NCBI GenBank assembly: GCA_942491945.1
Contig: CALODD010000085.1
Location: 4,311 to 68,310, forward strand
DNA length: 64,000 bases
Direction of reading: 5' to 3'
DNA from: an uncultured Gammaproteobacteria bacterium
GTDB taxonomy: Bacteria > Pseudomonadota > Gammaproteobacteria > JAJDYQ01
The notes beneath the pieces were generated by a model. That model had not been told where the DNA came from and did not search any database. It was given only the letters and a program-made list of their open reading frames with translations. Below are positions 1 through 9,357 of the stretch, one piece after another (position 1 is the stretch's first letter; every line of letters begins with the position of its first letter). The translations under genes were made by a program, and so were the position numbers.

Positions 1-420
1 AGGCACGCCGGTCTGCTTGATCGAAAAGACGATCGGCGCAACCTTTGGCGGGCAGTGCCGAGCCAGGATATGACTGGAGGCCGGTGTCGCGACCGTGGCG
101 CCCAAACCCAGCAAGGCGGCGGCCAGGACCATGGCGGGCAGCCAGCCGATGCCGGTGACGCCCAGCCCTGCGGCAACCACCAGCAGCGAAATCTGGCTGG
201 TGCGCAGCGCGCCATAGCGGCGGATGAAGTTGCCGCAAGAAAGGGTTGTGAAAAGGCCGAATACCCCCGTGATGCTGACGAATACGCCAATCAGCGATGG
301 CTCAACCCCCATATCGGCGGCGGCGAGCGGCCCCAGAACCGGCAACGTCATCTTGGCGACGGTGGCGAAAGCCTGTTGCACCAGCATTGCGGCAAGGCCG
401 GTGAGCAGCAGCGAGTTCAC
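1..420 (-). CDS. MFS transporter, N-terminal fragment (gene runs off the left edge of the window)
   Basis: Absent from the ORF track because it has a GTG start. Hand translation of the minus strand from GTG 420-418 gives VNSLLLTGLAAMLVQQAFATVAKMTLPVLGPLAAADMGVEPSLIGVFVSITGVFGLFTTLSCGNFIRRYGALRTSQISLL...FSIKQTGVP. It shows hydrophobic TM segments and an MFS loop 2-3-like basic motif. The GTGA start/stop overlaps the mntR-like gene. Confidence 0.55.
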   Translation of the reverse strand, partial: MNSLLLTGLAAMLVQQAFATVAKMTLPVLGPLAAADMGVEPSLIGVFVSITGVFGLFTTLSCGNFIRRYGALRTSQISLLVVAAGLGVTGIGWLPAMVLAAALLGLGATVATPASSHILARHCPPKVAPIVFSIKQTGVP

Positions 421-860
421 GCTTTATCAATTCCCTTGGCAGTGATCGCCTCAAACACGGCGAGCGTTTCGTCCGAAACGTGGTGCTCCATGCCTTCAGC
501 GTCGCTTTCCGCCGTGCCGGGGCTGACTCCGATCACTTTCAGGAATTCCAGGACAATGCGGTGCCGGCGGCGGGATTCCACCGCCATAGCCTCTCCGTCG
601 TCGGTCAGAAAGATGCTGCGGTAGGGGCGGGAGATCACCAGCCCGTCGCGTTGCAGGCGCGCTAACGTCTTGTTGACCGTGGCGTGGCTGACGCCAAAGC
701 GCTCCGCCAGATCGACCGCGCGGGCTTCACCATTGACCGCGATCAAGTCGCTGATCAACTCCACATAGTCTTCGGCCATTTCGGTTTGATGCGCCTGGCG
801 GATGCGGTCAAAGCTGGCAGCTTGACGGCCAGCGTCGCGCAGGCGTCGCGTATTAGACAT
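417..860 (-). CDS. mntR: DtxR/MntR-family manganese-responsive transcriptional regulator
   Basis: 147-aa ORF. It has a winged-HTH string VDLAERFGVSHATVNKTLARLQRDGLV followed by a metal-binding/dimerisation region RRRHRIVLEFL...EGMEHHVSDETL, typical of MntR. Confidence 0.85.
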   Translation of the reverse strand: MSNTRRLRDAGRQAASFDRIRQAHQTEMAEDYVELISDLIAVNGEARAVDLAERFGVSHATVNKTLARLQRDGLVISRPYRSIFLTDDGEAMAVESRRRHRIVLEFLKVIGVSPGTAESDAEGMEHHVSDETLAVFEAITAKGIDKA

Positions 861-948
861 AAGGCTCGGATTTTCTCAGCGATCAATCGGACCTTGGTTT
901 GCCCGTATTGGGGCCGAGATGCAAGCATTGATCAAAGTTTAGCCTTGG

Positions 949-3432
949 CTAACTTTTGCCGCTTTCCTGATTTTCGGCATCGCGCGCTGCCGCTGTTTCC
1001 TCCATGGTTGCGCGCATATCGCCATGCTGGCGCAACAGCCGTTGAAACGCACTGGCCCGCAGGACCAAGAGGTGCGTATAGCCGGCGGAGACGACATCCG
1101 CGCCTCTGGGCCGGTCCTGCAACAGCGCCATTTCACCAAAGAAACCGCCAGGCTCCAGCCTGACGCTGCGGTTCGGCAGCAGAACCTCCACATTGCCTGC
1201 GGCGATGAAATAGACCGCCTTGCCGCGCTCTCCGGCTTTGATGATGGTTTCTCCAGGTGCTGCCAGCCTGGGGACAAGGCGTCCTGCGATCCAGGCGATT
1301 TCCGCTTCGCCGAGGGAGCTCAACAGGGGAACGGAGCGGATCATTGCGATCATCTTGTCATTGAGTTCCAGGTTTGGCCGCCCCTCGACCCGCTGCTGCT
1401 GCTTGGCTATTCGCCGCTCATGCGCATCGAAAATTTCCTGGGTGATCAGCGACTCATCCAGCCGGGCCTGATACTCGGCCCGTTCCAGACGCAACGCAGT
1501 GCGGGTGAGTTGGTGCTGCGCCAGGGCCTGTGCATAATCGCCAAAGCGCAGGGTCATGGCGCGCAGGGCGTCATCCACCAGTTGCGCCCGCGACTCCAGC
1601 ATCGCCAAAGCCTTCTCGCCGATATCATTGCCGAAGAAGCGGGCGGTGGTGCCCTGGGCAAAGCCGCGCAATTCGTGCAATACGCGGCGGCGGCGCATCA
1701 GCAGGAATTCATAGCGATCCTCCAACGCCCGTTCCAATGGCTGCTGAATGCCAAGCCAGCGGTAGAGCCAAAGCGTCCAGCGCAGGCGCGGCGCAATGCC
1801 TAGCGCCCGGTTGGCGGCAATTTCGTAGGCCGCGCTGCCGCCACTGCTGGCGGCGTCGCGCAACCGGTCGGCGGATGTTACCAGCCGGGCAATGACCCGC
1901 AGGGAGACCATCTGCTCTGCAAAATGGCGCAGGTAGAGGGCACGCTCCCGCGTGGCCAGTGCCACCAACGCGATGTTCAGGCGGGTTTCTGCCGGCAGTG
2001 CAGGGCCGGTTTCCCCGTCTTCGCTGCCATCCAGCGAGGCTTCCGCCGCCGCCAGGGTTTCTTCCGAAAGACCCAGTTGTCGGGCCGCCAGATGCAGTTG
2101 CCGGGTCCGGCGGACTTCCGAAACGGCCAGCACCCGTTCGCGCATGGCCTCCTCTGCCGGGCTCAGGCGGTCCAGGCCAAGAAAGTTCAGCAATGGGCGC
2201 AGCAGCGGCGCGCTGATGAAAAGCGTCAGGCAGACATAGCCGACAGACACGCCGGCAACGGTCTGCCGGAATTCCAGCGGCAGGCTGACATTCTCCATCA
2301 CGGCGAGCGCCAGGATCAGCGTAATCGCGCCTCGCAGGCCGCCCCACAGAATGATGGCCTTGAACCGGGCATCGACCTTCTCCGCCAAGCCAAAGAAGGT
2401 TAGCGCAGGCAGCAGGCTATAGAGGACGATGGCGCGCGCTGTGAGCGCTGCCACGAACACCAGCAGGCAGTACAGCCAATCCAGTAACGACAGGCTGAGC
2501 ACCAAACGCGCCGCCAGGATGGAGGCTACCAGGAAGACAACCGAGACAAAGGCGAACTCCAGCCAGTGCCAGAACCGCAGCAGCGTCTGCCAGTTGGCCG
2601 GTGGCAGGCGCGATGGCCCGTCGGCGGCAATGGCCAAACCGGCAAAGGCCACGGCCACCACGCCAGACGCGCCAAAGACATATTGTGCCACCACATAGGC
2701 AAGATAAGGTATGGCCAGCGAAAATGTCTGCTCCAGCACCGCATTCCGGCCAAGCGCAGCAAAGCCCAGCCACGCCAACTGTGCCAGGATAACGCCGACA
2801 AGCGCGCCGACAGCGAAATCGGGCAAGGCGGCAATGGCGACGCTGGTTGCCGAGTCCTGCCCGCCTGTTTGCGCCAGCACTGTCAGGGCGGCGAACAGCG
2901 CGATGGCGGCGGCATCGTTCAGCAGGCTTTCGCCCTCGACGATAACGCGCAGCCGCTTGGTCGCGCCGAGATCGCGGAAAACAGCGACGACGGCGGCGGG
3001 GTCTGTGGTGGAGATGATCGCACCCAGCAGCAAGGCCGCGACCCAGTCGAAGCCCGCAATACCCGCCAGTGCAGCACCGACAACCCCGGTTGTGACGAGG
3101 ACGGCGACGACGGCCAGCAGCAAGACCGCCCATACCTCGTCCATCAGCAGGCGCACATCCACGTGCAGGCCTGCGGAAAACAGCAGGGGTGGCAGGAACA
3201 GCAACAGGAAGTCGTGCGCGCTGAGACCGAAGGCTTGCAGACTGCCCGCCGCATCGCCTGCCAACAGCGAGGGCAGGCTGCCAGTGCCAATGCCGACAAT
3301 ACCGACAGCCAAGCCGACCGCGGCCAGCAACACGCTGTGCGGCAGGCGCAGCCGCTGCGCCAGCGGTACGAGCAGGCTCGACAGCAGCAGCAGCAGCGCA
3401 AGCGCGACAAGGCTTTCGACTAAAGCGATCAT
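949..3432 (-). CDS. CPA1-type Na+/H+ (cation:proton) antiporter fused to a C-terminal cyclic-nucleotide-binding domain
   Basis: 827-aa ORF. The N-terminal ~420 aa is multi-TM with exchanger strings (IISTTDPAAVVAVFRDLG, ESLLNDAAAIALF). A long helical linker follows. The C-terminus has a cNMP-binding signature (GGFFGEMALLQDRPRGADVVS). Confidence 0.85.
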   Translation of the reverse strand: MIALVESLVALALLLLLSSLLVPLAQRLRLPHSVLLAAVGLAVGIVGIGTGSLPSLLAGDAAGSLQAFGLSAHDFLLLFLPPLLFSAGLHVDVRLLMDEVWAVLLLAVVAVLVTTGVVGAALAGIAGFDWVAALLLGAIISTTDPAAVVAVFRDLGATKRLRVIVEGESLLNDAAAIALFAALTVLAQTGGQDSATSVAIAALPDFAVGALVGVILAQLAWLGFAALGRNAVLEQTFSLAIPYLAYVVAQYVFGASGVVAVAFAGLAIAADGPSRLPPANWQTLLRFWHWLEFAFVSVVFLVASILAARLVLSLSLLDWLYCLLVFVAALTARAIVLYSLLPALTFFGLAEKVDARFKAIILWGGLRGAITLILALAVMENVSLPLEFRQTVAGVSVGYVCLTLFISAPLLRPLLNFLGLDRLSPAEEAMRERVLAVSEVRRTRQLHLAARQLGLSEETLAAAEASLDGSEDGETGPALPAETRLNIALVALATRERALYLRHFAEQMVSLRVIARLVTSADRLRDAASSGGSAAYEIAANRALGIAPRLRWTLWLYRWLGIQQPLERALEDRYEFLLMRRRRVLHELRGFAQGTTARFFGNDIGEKALAMLESRAQLVDDALRAMTLRFGDYAQALAQHQLTRTALRLERAEYQARLDESLITQEIFDAHERRIAKQQQRVEGRPNLELNDKMIAMIRSVPLLSSLGEAEIAWIAGRLVPRLAAPGETIIKAGERGKAVYFIAAGNVEVLLPNRSVRLEPGGFFGEMALLQDRPRGADVVSAGYTHLLVLRASAFQRLLRQHGDMRATMEETAAARDAENQESGKS

Positions 3433-3541
3433 GAGGCGTAGTCTTAAGCCTTAGCCAGTGCGGGCGCCAGAAAACTGACGCCTTGCAGGCTGCGGCCTGG
3501 CGGTAAAGTGCCGGGCAAAACAGTACGGAAGGAGCCATTCT

Positions 3542-4432
3542 ATGAAGCTGGACGTGATCGGAGTCATGAGCCCGGGCGATATGGGCCATGGGGTTGGGCG
3601 GGCGCTGCGCGAATCGGGCTGGCGTGTGCTCACCAACCTGACGGGACGGAGCGAGCGCACACGTGGCTTGTCCGAGAGCGCGGGCTTGGAGGATGCCGGC
3701 AGCCTGGAAGCAATCATGGCCGAGGCGGATCTAGTCGTCTCCATCATGCCGCCTTCAGCAGCCGAGAGCTTTGCGGAAGAGGCAGCGCAGGCGATGGCCA
3801 CGGCGAACCGCCGTCCGCCATTTGCCGATATGAACGCCATTTCGCCAGCAACATCCGCCGTTATCGGCCGGATTATTACCGGTGCCGGGGCATCCTATAT
3901 CGACGGCGGCATTATCGGCTTGACGCCCGGCAAGGCGGCAGCACCCCGGCTCTATGTGTCCGGCCCGGACGCGGAGCACCTGGAGCGGTTGACGACAGAG
4001 ACCATGGCCTGGCGGTTTGTGGGGCTGGAGGCCGGGCGCGCCTCGACATTGAAGATGCTCTATGCCGGCCTGAACAAGGGCACTTGGGCCTTGCAGGCAA
4101 CCATGGCTATCGCGGCGGAGCGGTATGGTCTGTTCGATGCCTTCATGGGAGAAGTTTCAGGCAGCAATCCGGTGCGGGCCAAGGATATGGAGAACTGGGT
4201 CGGCTTCCTGGCCGCCGATGCGGAACGCTGGCATCCGGAAATGGTGGAAATTGCAGAGACGCTGGCGGAAGTGGGCGCAACCACTGGCTTTCACCGGGGC
4301 GCAGAAGAACTGTTCCGGCTGTTGGCGCGATCGCCGCTGGCCGCCGAGACCCGCCAAACATGGGACCGGACCCGGACCATGAAGGAATCCGTCGAGATAT
4401 TCGCGGAGACCCTGAAGAAACAAAACGACTAG
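3542..4432 (+). CDS. NAD(P)-dependent oxidoreductase, 6PGDH/HIBADH-like with DUF1932-type C-terminus
   Basis: 296-aa ORF with an N-terminal Rossmann-like dinucleotide-binding stretch (VIGVMSPGDMGHGVGRAL). It is divergent from the antiporter. The family assignment is from memory. Confidence 0.65.
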   Translation: MKLDVIGVMSPGDMGHGVGRALRESGWRVLTNLTGRSERTRGLSESAGLEDAGSLEAIMAEADLVVSIMPPSAAESFAEEAAQAMATANRRPPFADMNAISPATSAVIGRIITGAGASYIDGGIIGLTPGKAAAPRLYVSGPDAEHLERLTTETMAWRFVGLEAGRASTLKMLYAGLNKGTWALQATMAIAAERYGLFDAFMGEVSGSNPVRAKDMENWVGFLAADAERWHPEMVEIAETLAEVGATTGFHRGAEELFRLLARSPLAAETRQTWDRTRTMKESVEIFAETLKKQND

Positions 4433-4493
4433 CGCGCATGTGCCGGTCTTGCCCCCTGGACGGGATTCGGCGATAGCTTGACCAGTGACCACA

Positions 4494-5321
4494 TTATTCT
4501 GAAAGGCCGTTACCATGCTGTTCATCTGTCGTAACCAGGATAACTTCATCAACACACTGGCGTGATACATCAAACGTCTTTTCACCGACCTGTTTTACGG
4601 CAACACCATCTGCAAAAATGCCAACCTGATCAAGAATGACACGCTTATTCTGTATTAATGCATGATGCATTGATGGCGCATCCACCGGTTCAACACCGAT
4701 CACTTTAATCTCGGGATGATGATGCTTAATCCATGCACCCATCCCTGCAACCAGTCCACCACCACCGACAGGAATAAATATCGCATCGGGTAATTGATCC
4801 ATTTGCTCTAATATCTCCTGAGCTACAGTTCCCTGGCCTGCGATGACTTCATAATCATCGTAAGGATGGATATAGGTTGCGCCAGTTTTGGCTGATAGCT
4901 CATAGGCATGTGCCGATGCGTCATCATATGTGTTGCCATGCAGCACAACATTACCGCCTAATCGCTCTACGGCATTCACCTTAATATCTGGCGTTGTTTT
5001 AGGCATAACGATGGTGGCATCGATTCCCATGCGTGTGGCTGATAAGGCGATACCTTGTGCATGGTTACCCGCAGAAGCGCCGATAATTCCCTTCTCACAC
5101 TCTGCCGACGTCAATCCAGAAATTTTGTTGTAGGCGCCACGTATCTTGAACGAAAACACCGCCTGCTGGTCTTCGCGTTTGGAATAGACATTATTCGACA
5201 GGCGCTTTGACATTAACGTCATGTGATCTAGTGATGTCTTGACCGCCACATCGTAGACTCTGGCGCGCTTTATATTTTCTACGATTTCACTCAAAGTCAT
5301 TGTGGTTACGCCGGATTCCAT
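4494..5321 (-). pseudogene. ilvA: Threonine ammonia-lyase (IlvA-type), 3'-truncated. Only most of the PLP catalytic domain remains.
   Basis: 275-aa ORF with the PLP-lysine region FSFKIRGAYN and the glycine loop IPVGGGGLVAG. Homology ends after ...VDEVILVTTDE (about nt 4521) and runs into the unrelated tail QHGNGLSE*. The rest of the catalytic domain and the regulatory domains are missing, and this coincides with the GC breakpoint. Confidence 0.8.
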
Positions 5322-5403
5322 TGCTGTTATAGCTGCCCATGTCTGTTAGACATATTCGACACAGGGTATCATTGCGGCTTTTGAATACAAAGAGGGAAAT
5401 GTC

Positions 5404-6063
5404 ATGTCGCAGGATGCAGGCAAAAAAATGGCAGCAGAGGCCGCCATGGAATTCGTCGAGGCAGGCGAGATTATCGGTGTAGGCACCGGCTCAACAGTCA
5501 ATTTTTTCATCGACTATCTGGCTGAAGTTAAGCATAAAATCGATGGTGCAGTCTCAAGCTCGGTTGTCTCTACCGAACGCATGGAAGCACATGGAATCAA
5601 AGTTTATGACCTGAATGACGTCAATGGCATGTCTATCTACGTCGATGGCGCCGATGAATCTACTCGCCACCTGCATCTGATTAAAGGCGGCGGTGGCGCA
5701 CTAACCCGTGAAAAGATTGTAGCTGCAGCGAGTGAGAAATTTGTCTGTATTGCAGATGACTCAAAACTGGTTGATCGCCTGGGAAAATTCCCATTACCTG
5801 TCGAAGTCATTCCCATGGCTCGCAGCATGGTTGCACGTAAATTAATGAAATACGGTGGCCAGCCGGTACTGCGTGAAGGTTTCATCACCGACAACGGCTG
5901 TGAAATTCTGGATTTGCAGGGTCTGGATATCATCGATCCCGTTGCTATGGAACATGAAATCAACCAGATTCCAGGTGTCGTCACAGTTGGGCTGTTCGCC
6001 GAGCGCGGTGCAGACGTTCTATTACTGGGTGCAGAAAGCGGCGTGACTCGTATCGATCCATAA
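5404..6063 (+). CDS. rpiA: Ribose-5-phosphate isomerase A
   Basis: 219-aa ORF with RpiA signatures [13 protein letters not shown] and [14 protein letters not shown]. Confidence 0.95.
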   Translation: MSQDAGKKMAAEAAMEFVEAGEIIGVGTGSTVNFFIDYLAEVKHKIDGAVSSSVVSTERMEAHGIKVYDLNDVNGMSIYVDGADESTRHLHLIKGGGGALTREKIVAAASEKFVCIADDSKLVDRLGKFPLPVEVIPMARSMVARKLMKYGGQPVLREGFITDNGCEILDLQGLDIIDPVAMEHEINQIPGVVTVGLFAERGADVLLLGAESGVTRIDP

Positions 6064-6065
6064 GC

Positions 6066-7247
6066 ATGTCCCTGTTCATCATAGATAAAGCACAACAGGC
6101 TCCTCAGCCTGAACGCTTTCTATGGTGGATGAGCTTTGCCGCTTCTCTCGCCTTTGCGACCTGGCAAGCCTTATTGAATAACTTTGCGATTGAAAACGCC
6201 GGTTTCACTGGAGTTGAAATTGGTTTTTTACAAAGCCTTCGTGAAGTACCAGGATTCCTTGCCTTCACGACGGTGCTCATTCTTTATTTTCTGAGAGAAC
6301 AGACCTTCGCCATTCTGTCCATCCTGATACTTGGTGCAGGCGTGGCACTAACCGGTTTCTTCCCACAGGAATATGCCTTTTATGCCACTACATTCTTGAT
6401 GTCGGTCGGCTTCCATTACTTTTTTACGATACAAAAATCGCTGGCACTACAATGGGTCGAGAAAGAACGTACCGCGATTACTCTGGGTAATCTGTCTGCG
6501 GCACGATCCTATGCAGCCATACTGGTTTTTGTCGGTATCTGGGTCAGCATCGAATTATTCGATATCAATTATGAATGGATCTATCTTATCGCTGGTGCCG
6601 GCGCGATACTGATCGCCTTGTACGCCTGGCGAAGCTTTCCAAGATTCTCTCATGTTGTTCCCCAGCACAAACATCTACTGATGCGTAAACGCTACTGGCT
6701 ATATTACGCCCTGGTATTCATGAGTGGCGCGCGCCGACAGATTTTCGTCGTTTTTGCCGGCTTTCTGATGGTTGAAAAATTTGGTTACGGTGCCTCTGAT
6801 ATTGCTCTGCTGTTTTTATTCAACCACATCCTCAACACATGGGCCGCACCACGTATCGGCAAACTGGTCGCACGTTGGGGAGAACATAAAGCACTCTCAC
6901 TAGAATACATTGGCCTCATTATAATCTTCCTCAGCTACGCAATGGTCGAAACCGCCTGGATTGCTGCACTGCTCTACGTGATCGATCACATTATCTTCGC
7001 CATGGCGATTGCCATTGAGAGTTATTTCAAAAAGATAGCCGACCCGAAAGATATCGCATCGACTGCCGGCGTATCGTTCACGATTAATCATATCGCCGCC
7101 GTTGTAATCCCTGCGATTTTTGGATTTCTATGGATACAGTCCCACAGTATCGTGTTTTATCTCGGTGCCGTCATGGCGGTGATATCACTGATTCTTTCGC
7201 AGTGGGTACCCAGACAACCGGCCTCGATGGTCGTATCTACGACATAA
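6066..7247 (+). CDS. Multi-pass membrane transporter, MFS-like
   Basis: 393-aa ORF that is hydrophobic throughout (about 11-12 predicted TM segments by eye) and tightly follows rpiA. The family is not firmly recognised. Confidence 0.5.
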   Translation: MSLFIIDKAQQAPQPERFLWWMSFAASLAFATWQALLNNFAIENAGFTGVEIGFLQSLREVPGFLAFTTVLILYFLREQTFAILSILILGAGVALTGFFPQEYAFYATTFLMSVGFHYFFTIQKSLALQWVEKERTAITLGNLSAARSYAAILVFVGIWVSIELFDINYEWIYLIAGAGAILIALYAWRSFPRFSHVVPQHKHLLMRKRYWLYYALVFMSGARRQIFVVFAGFLMVEKFGYGASDIALLFLFNHILNTWAAPRIGKLVARWGEHKALSLEYIGLIIIFLSYAMVETAWIAALLYVIDHIIFAMAIAIESYFKKIADPKDIASTAGVSFTINHIAAVVIPAIFGFLWIQSHSIVFYLGAVMAVISLILSQWVPRQPASMVVSTT

Positions 7248-7249
7248 CA

Positions 7250-7597
7250 TCACGATAACTCGAACGCAGCAATCGTATTCAGTACGCTACCCATACTTGC
7301 CCGTGCAGAATGGTATTCATCCATGAACTCTGACTGATGGTTTTCCTGTAGTTGACGCATTGCAGATAATAATTTCATCCTTACTGCCTCGGATGACTCG
7401 CCTTCATAGTCAAACTCTTCAGCCAGCCCTCTTAATCGATACAAGCCCCAGATACAGGCTTTGTAATCATCATTGGGATGATCGTTCTCCCTCTGGATTT
7501 GCTCATCAATGATAGTCAGCACTCTGTCTTCGAACGTCAGTGAACGCTTAGATATAGTGACATGTTTAAATATCCGCAGAATGTAATCGAAAGGCAT
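7250..7597 (-). CDS. Hypothetical protein (115 aa, acidic, cytoplasmic)
   Basis: ORF with no overlapping alternative, last gene of the minus-strand run after fkpB. No recognisable motif. Confidence 0.45.
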   Translation of the reverse strand: MPFDYILRIFKHVTISKRSLTFEDRVLTIIDEQIQRENDHPNDDYKACIWGLYRLRGLAEEFDYEGESSEAVRMKLLSAMRQLQENHQSEFMDEYHSARASMGSVLNTIAAFELS

Positions 7598-7606
7598 ACT
7601 TGTTCA

Positions 7607-8029
7607 TCAACGCTCAGATACATTCGGATTTATCGAAAATAGAATCTCAGGAAAGTAAGGGCGAGAGGTACGAACAGGCTGATTCATATAGGCGTAATTT
7701 ATCTGGCTATCTCCCCCTCTGAATGCAGAGATCACCCCAGTCGATTCATCGGTTTCAAACAACGTCCAGTCGAATGAATACAAATATTCGTTCTGACAGG
7801 TAACTGGAAATAGAAATGACATACTACCGTTCTTTTTATCGAAGGCTTTCTCTCGATCCGGAAAGCAAACCTGCTCGCGATTAACCGTCATGCATATATT
7901 CAGGCCGTAATCGGGTGAAGACCAATGCAATGACTCAATTCCAACATCGCACATCGGTTGTAATTTTCCAGCGTTGACTACCGAAGTGAACGAAAGCATC
8001 AATAACGTGAGGATAAACAAATATTTCAT
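7607..8029 (-). CDS. Hypothetical secreted protein (140 aa)
   Basis: Clear N-terminal signal peptide MKYLFILTLLMLSFTSVVNA and several Cys in the mature part. No recognisable family. Confidence 0.5.
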   Translation of the reverse strand: MKYLFILTLLMLSFTSVVNAGKLQPMCDVGIESLHWSSPDYGLNICMTVNREQVCFPDREKAFDKKNGSMSFLFPVTCQNEYLYSFDWTLFETDESTGVISAFRGGDSQINYAYMNQPVRTSRPYFPEILFSINPNVSER

Positions 8030-8047
8030 ATCAGGAACACAAAACGT

Positions 8048-8431
8048 TCAACTATTCGCTAACGCATATAGCCAGATATACCACGCATAGCTATATACAA
8101 ATCCGGAGATTGTGATGACAGCCCAACGTCTAAAAATAACCGGCTTACGCTGATAAAAGCGCATAATGCTAATAACAGAGGGATAAAGCATCACCATTAG
8201 CCATGCCAGAAACGGCCACATTCCCATGTCATGAGTACGAAACACATAGAGCATCGCCAGCGCACTTAGAATGGTCAACACGCAGTAACCGGCAATCAAC
8301 CATCGTTCAGATGGCATGCGATAGATTGCATACGGCACATAGAAATACATTAGGATCGCCAGGACTGGCAGCCAATGCAGGCCGCCTGTATCAAGCAACC
8401 ATTCAGGAAATGGAACGAAGTTCCAGAGCAT
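8048..8431 (-). CDS. Hypothetical small membrane protein (127 aa, about 4 TM)
   Basis: Hydrophobic Trp/Tyr-rich ORF. Its start codon abuts the fkpB stop (shared coordinate 8431), suggesting co-transcription. Confidence 0.5.
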   Translation of the reverse strand: MLWNFVPFPEWLLDTGGLHWLPVLAILMYFYVPYAIYRMPSERWLIAGYCVLTILSALAMLYVFRTHDMGMWPFLAWLMVMLYPSVISIMRFYQRKPVIFRRWAVITISGFVYSYAWYIWLYALANS

Positions 8432-8871
8432 TAAGCTACATCGATGATTTTCATACGATACTTCAGATCATGACCCGCAAGCGGGTGATTGAAATCGACC
8501 GTTACACTGTCAGCTGCTACTTTTTTCACCATGCCAGCTACCTCATCTCCAGCAGGTGTATGAAAAGCAATAATCTGGTTTTCTTCTGGTTGTAGATCAT
8601 CATTGAAATCAGATAACAGCATGTCATGGACATTCTCTGGATCATGGAAGCCAAAGGTCTGCTCTGGCGTCATGGTAATCGTATCTTCTTCACCGGCCTT
8701 CATGCCATAAAGTGCCAGCTCCAGACCTTCAATGATTGTGCCGTCACCGACAACAAAGCTCATTGGCTCTTCATCAAACGTGCTTTCGGCAACAGTTCCA
8801 TCTTCCAGTGTAATCGAAAGATGTATCGTGACTTTTGAACCTGGAACAATTTCAGCCATTTGTTTGCTCAT
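8431..8871 (-). CDS. fkpB: FKBP-type peptidyl-prolyl cis-trans isomerase (FkpB/SlpA-like)
   Basis: 146-aa ORF with the FKBP core [18 protein letters not shown]...[23 protein letters not shown]. It holds the conserved position after lspA. Confidence 0.85.
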   Translation of the reverse strand: MSKQMAEIVPGSKVTIHLSITLEDGTVAESTFDEEPMSFVVGDGTIIEGLELALYGMKAGEEDTITMTPEQTFGFHDPENVHDMLLSDFNDDLQPEENQIIAFHTPAGDEVAGMVKKVAADSVTVDFNHPLAGHDLKYRMKIIDVA

Positions 8872-9346
8872 CAGGATGTTGATTAAAAATTAAATCGTAG
8901 ATCAATAAAATAACACCCAGTGTTATCGCTGAATCTGCAACATTAAATATCGGCCAGTGATGCGTATTGTAATAAACATCGATAAAGTCGATAACATAAC
9001 CGAACCAGACTCTATCTATCAGGTTACCAATCGCACCGCCCAGTATTAATGATAGCGCGGCCGCATGCAGACGTTCTTCTGCGCGCATCGTCCATATCCA
9101 GCGAAATAATACTGAACTGATTATGGCTGTCAGGCCAATAAAGAACCAACGTTGCCAGCCACCTGCATCGCTCAGGAAACTAAATGCAGCACCCGTATTA
9201 TATGCCAGAGTCAGGTTAAACATTGGCATCATTGGCACTGGCTGATGATACTGTAATACCGAGTCTGCCCAGATTTTCGTTACCTGATCTATGACGATAA
9301 CGATGAGCGACAATAGCAACCAGCGACGTGCGTAAAGAGAAGCCAT
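8852..9346 (-). CDS. lspA: Lipoprotein signal peptidase (signal peptidase II)
   Basis: 164-aa ORF with LspA motifs [19 protein letters not shown] and FNVADSAI. It overlaps the fkpB start by 20 nt. Confidence 0.95.
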   Translation of the reverse strand: MASLYARRWLLLSLIVIVIDQVTKIWADSVLQYHQPVPMMPMFNLTLAYNTGAAFSFLSDAGGWQRWFFIGLTAIISSVLFRWIWTMRAEERLHAAALSLILGGAIGNLIDRVWFGYVIDFIDVYYNTHHWPIFNVADSAITLGVILLIYDLIFNQHPDEQTNG

Positions 9347-9357
9347 TTTAATATTTA

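Noticed and set aside
55-4476. Many long ORFs in the high-GC block (for example 55..624+, 684..1163+, 1024..1803+, 1709..2347-, 2417..3589-, 2566..3423+, 2711..3454+, 3508..4476+).
   Set aside because: They overlap, out of frame or antisense, the MntR, antiporter and oxidoreductase ORFs, which have recognisable domains. Their translations are Arg/Ala/Pro/Gly-rich low-complexity strings, as expected from stop-codon-poor high-GC DNA.
7250-8029. The two small adjacent ORFs (115 aa and 140 aa) as a toxin-antitoxin pair.
   Set aside because: One has a signal peptide, so the products would sit in different compartments. There are no recognisable TA-family motifs and no overlap or coupling typical of type II TA loci.
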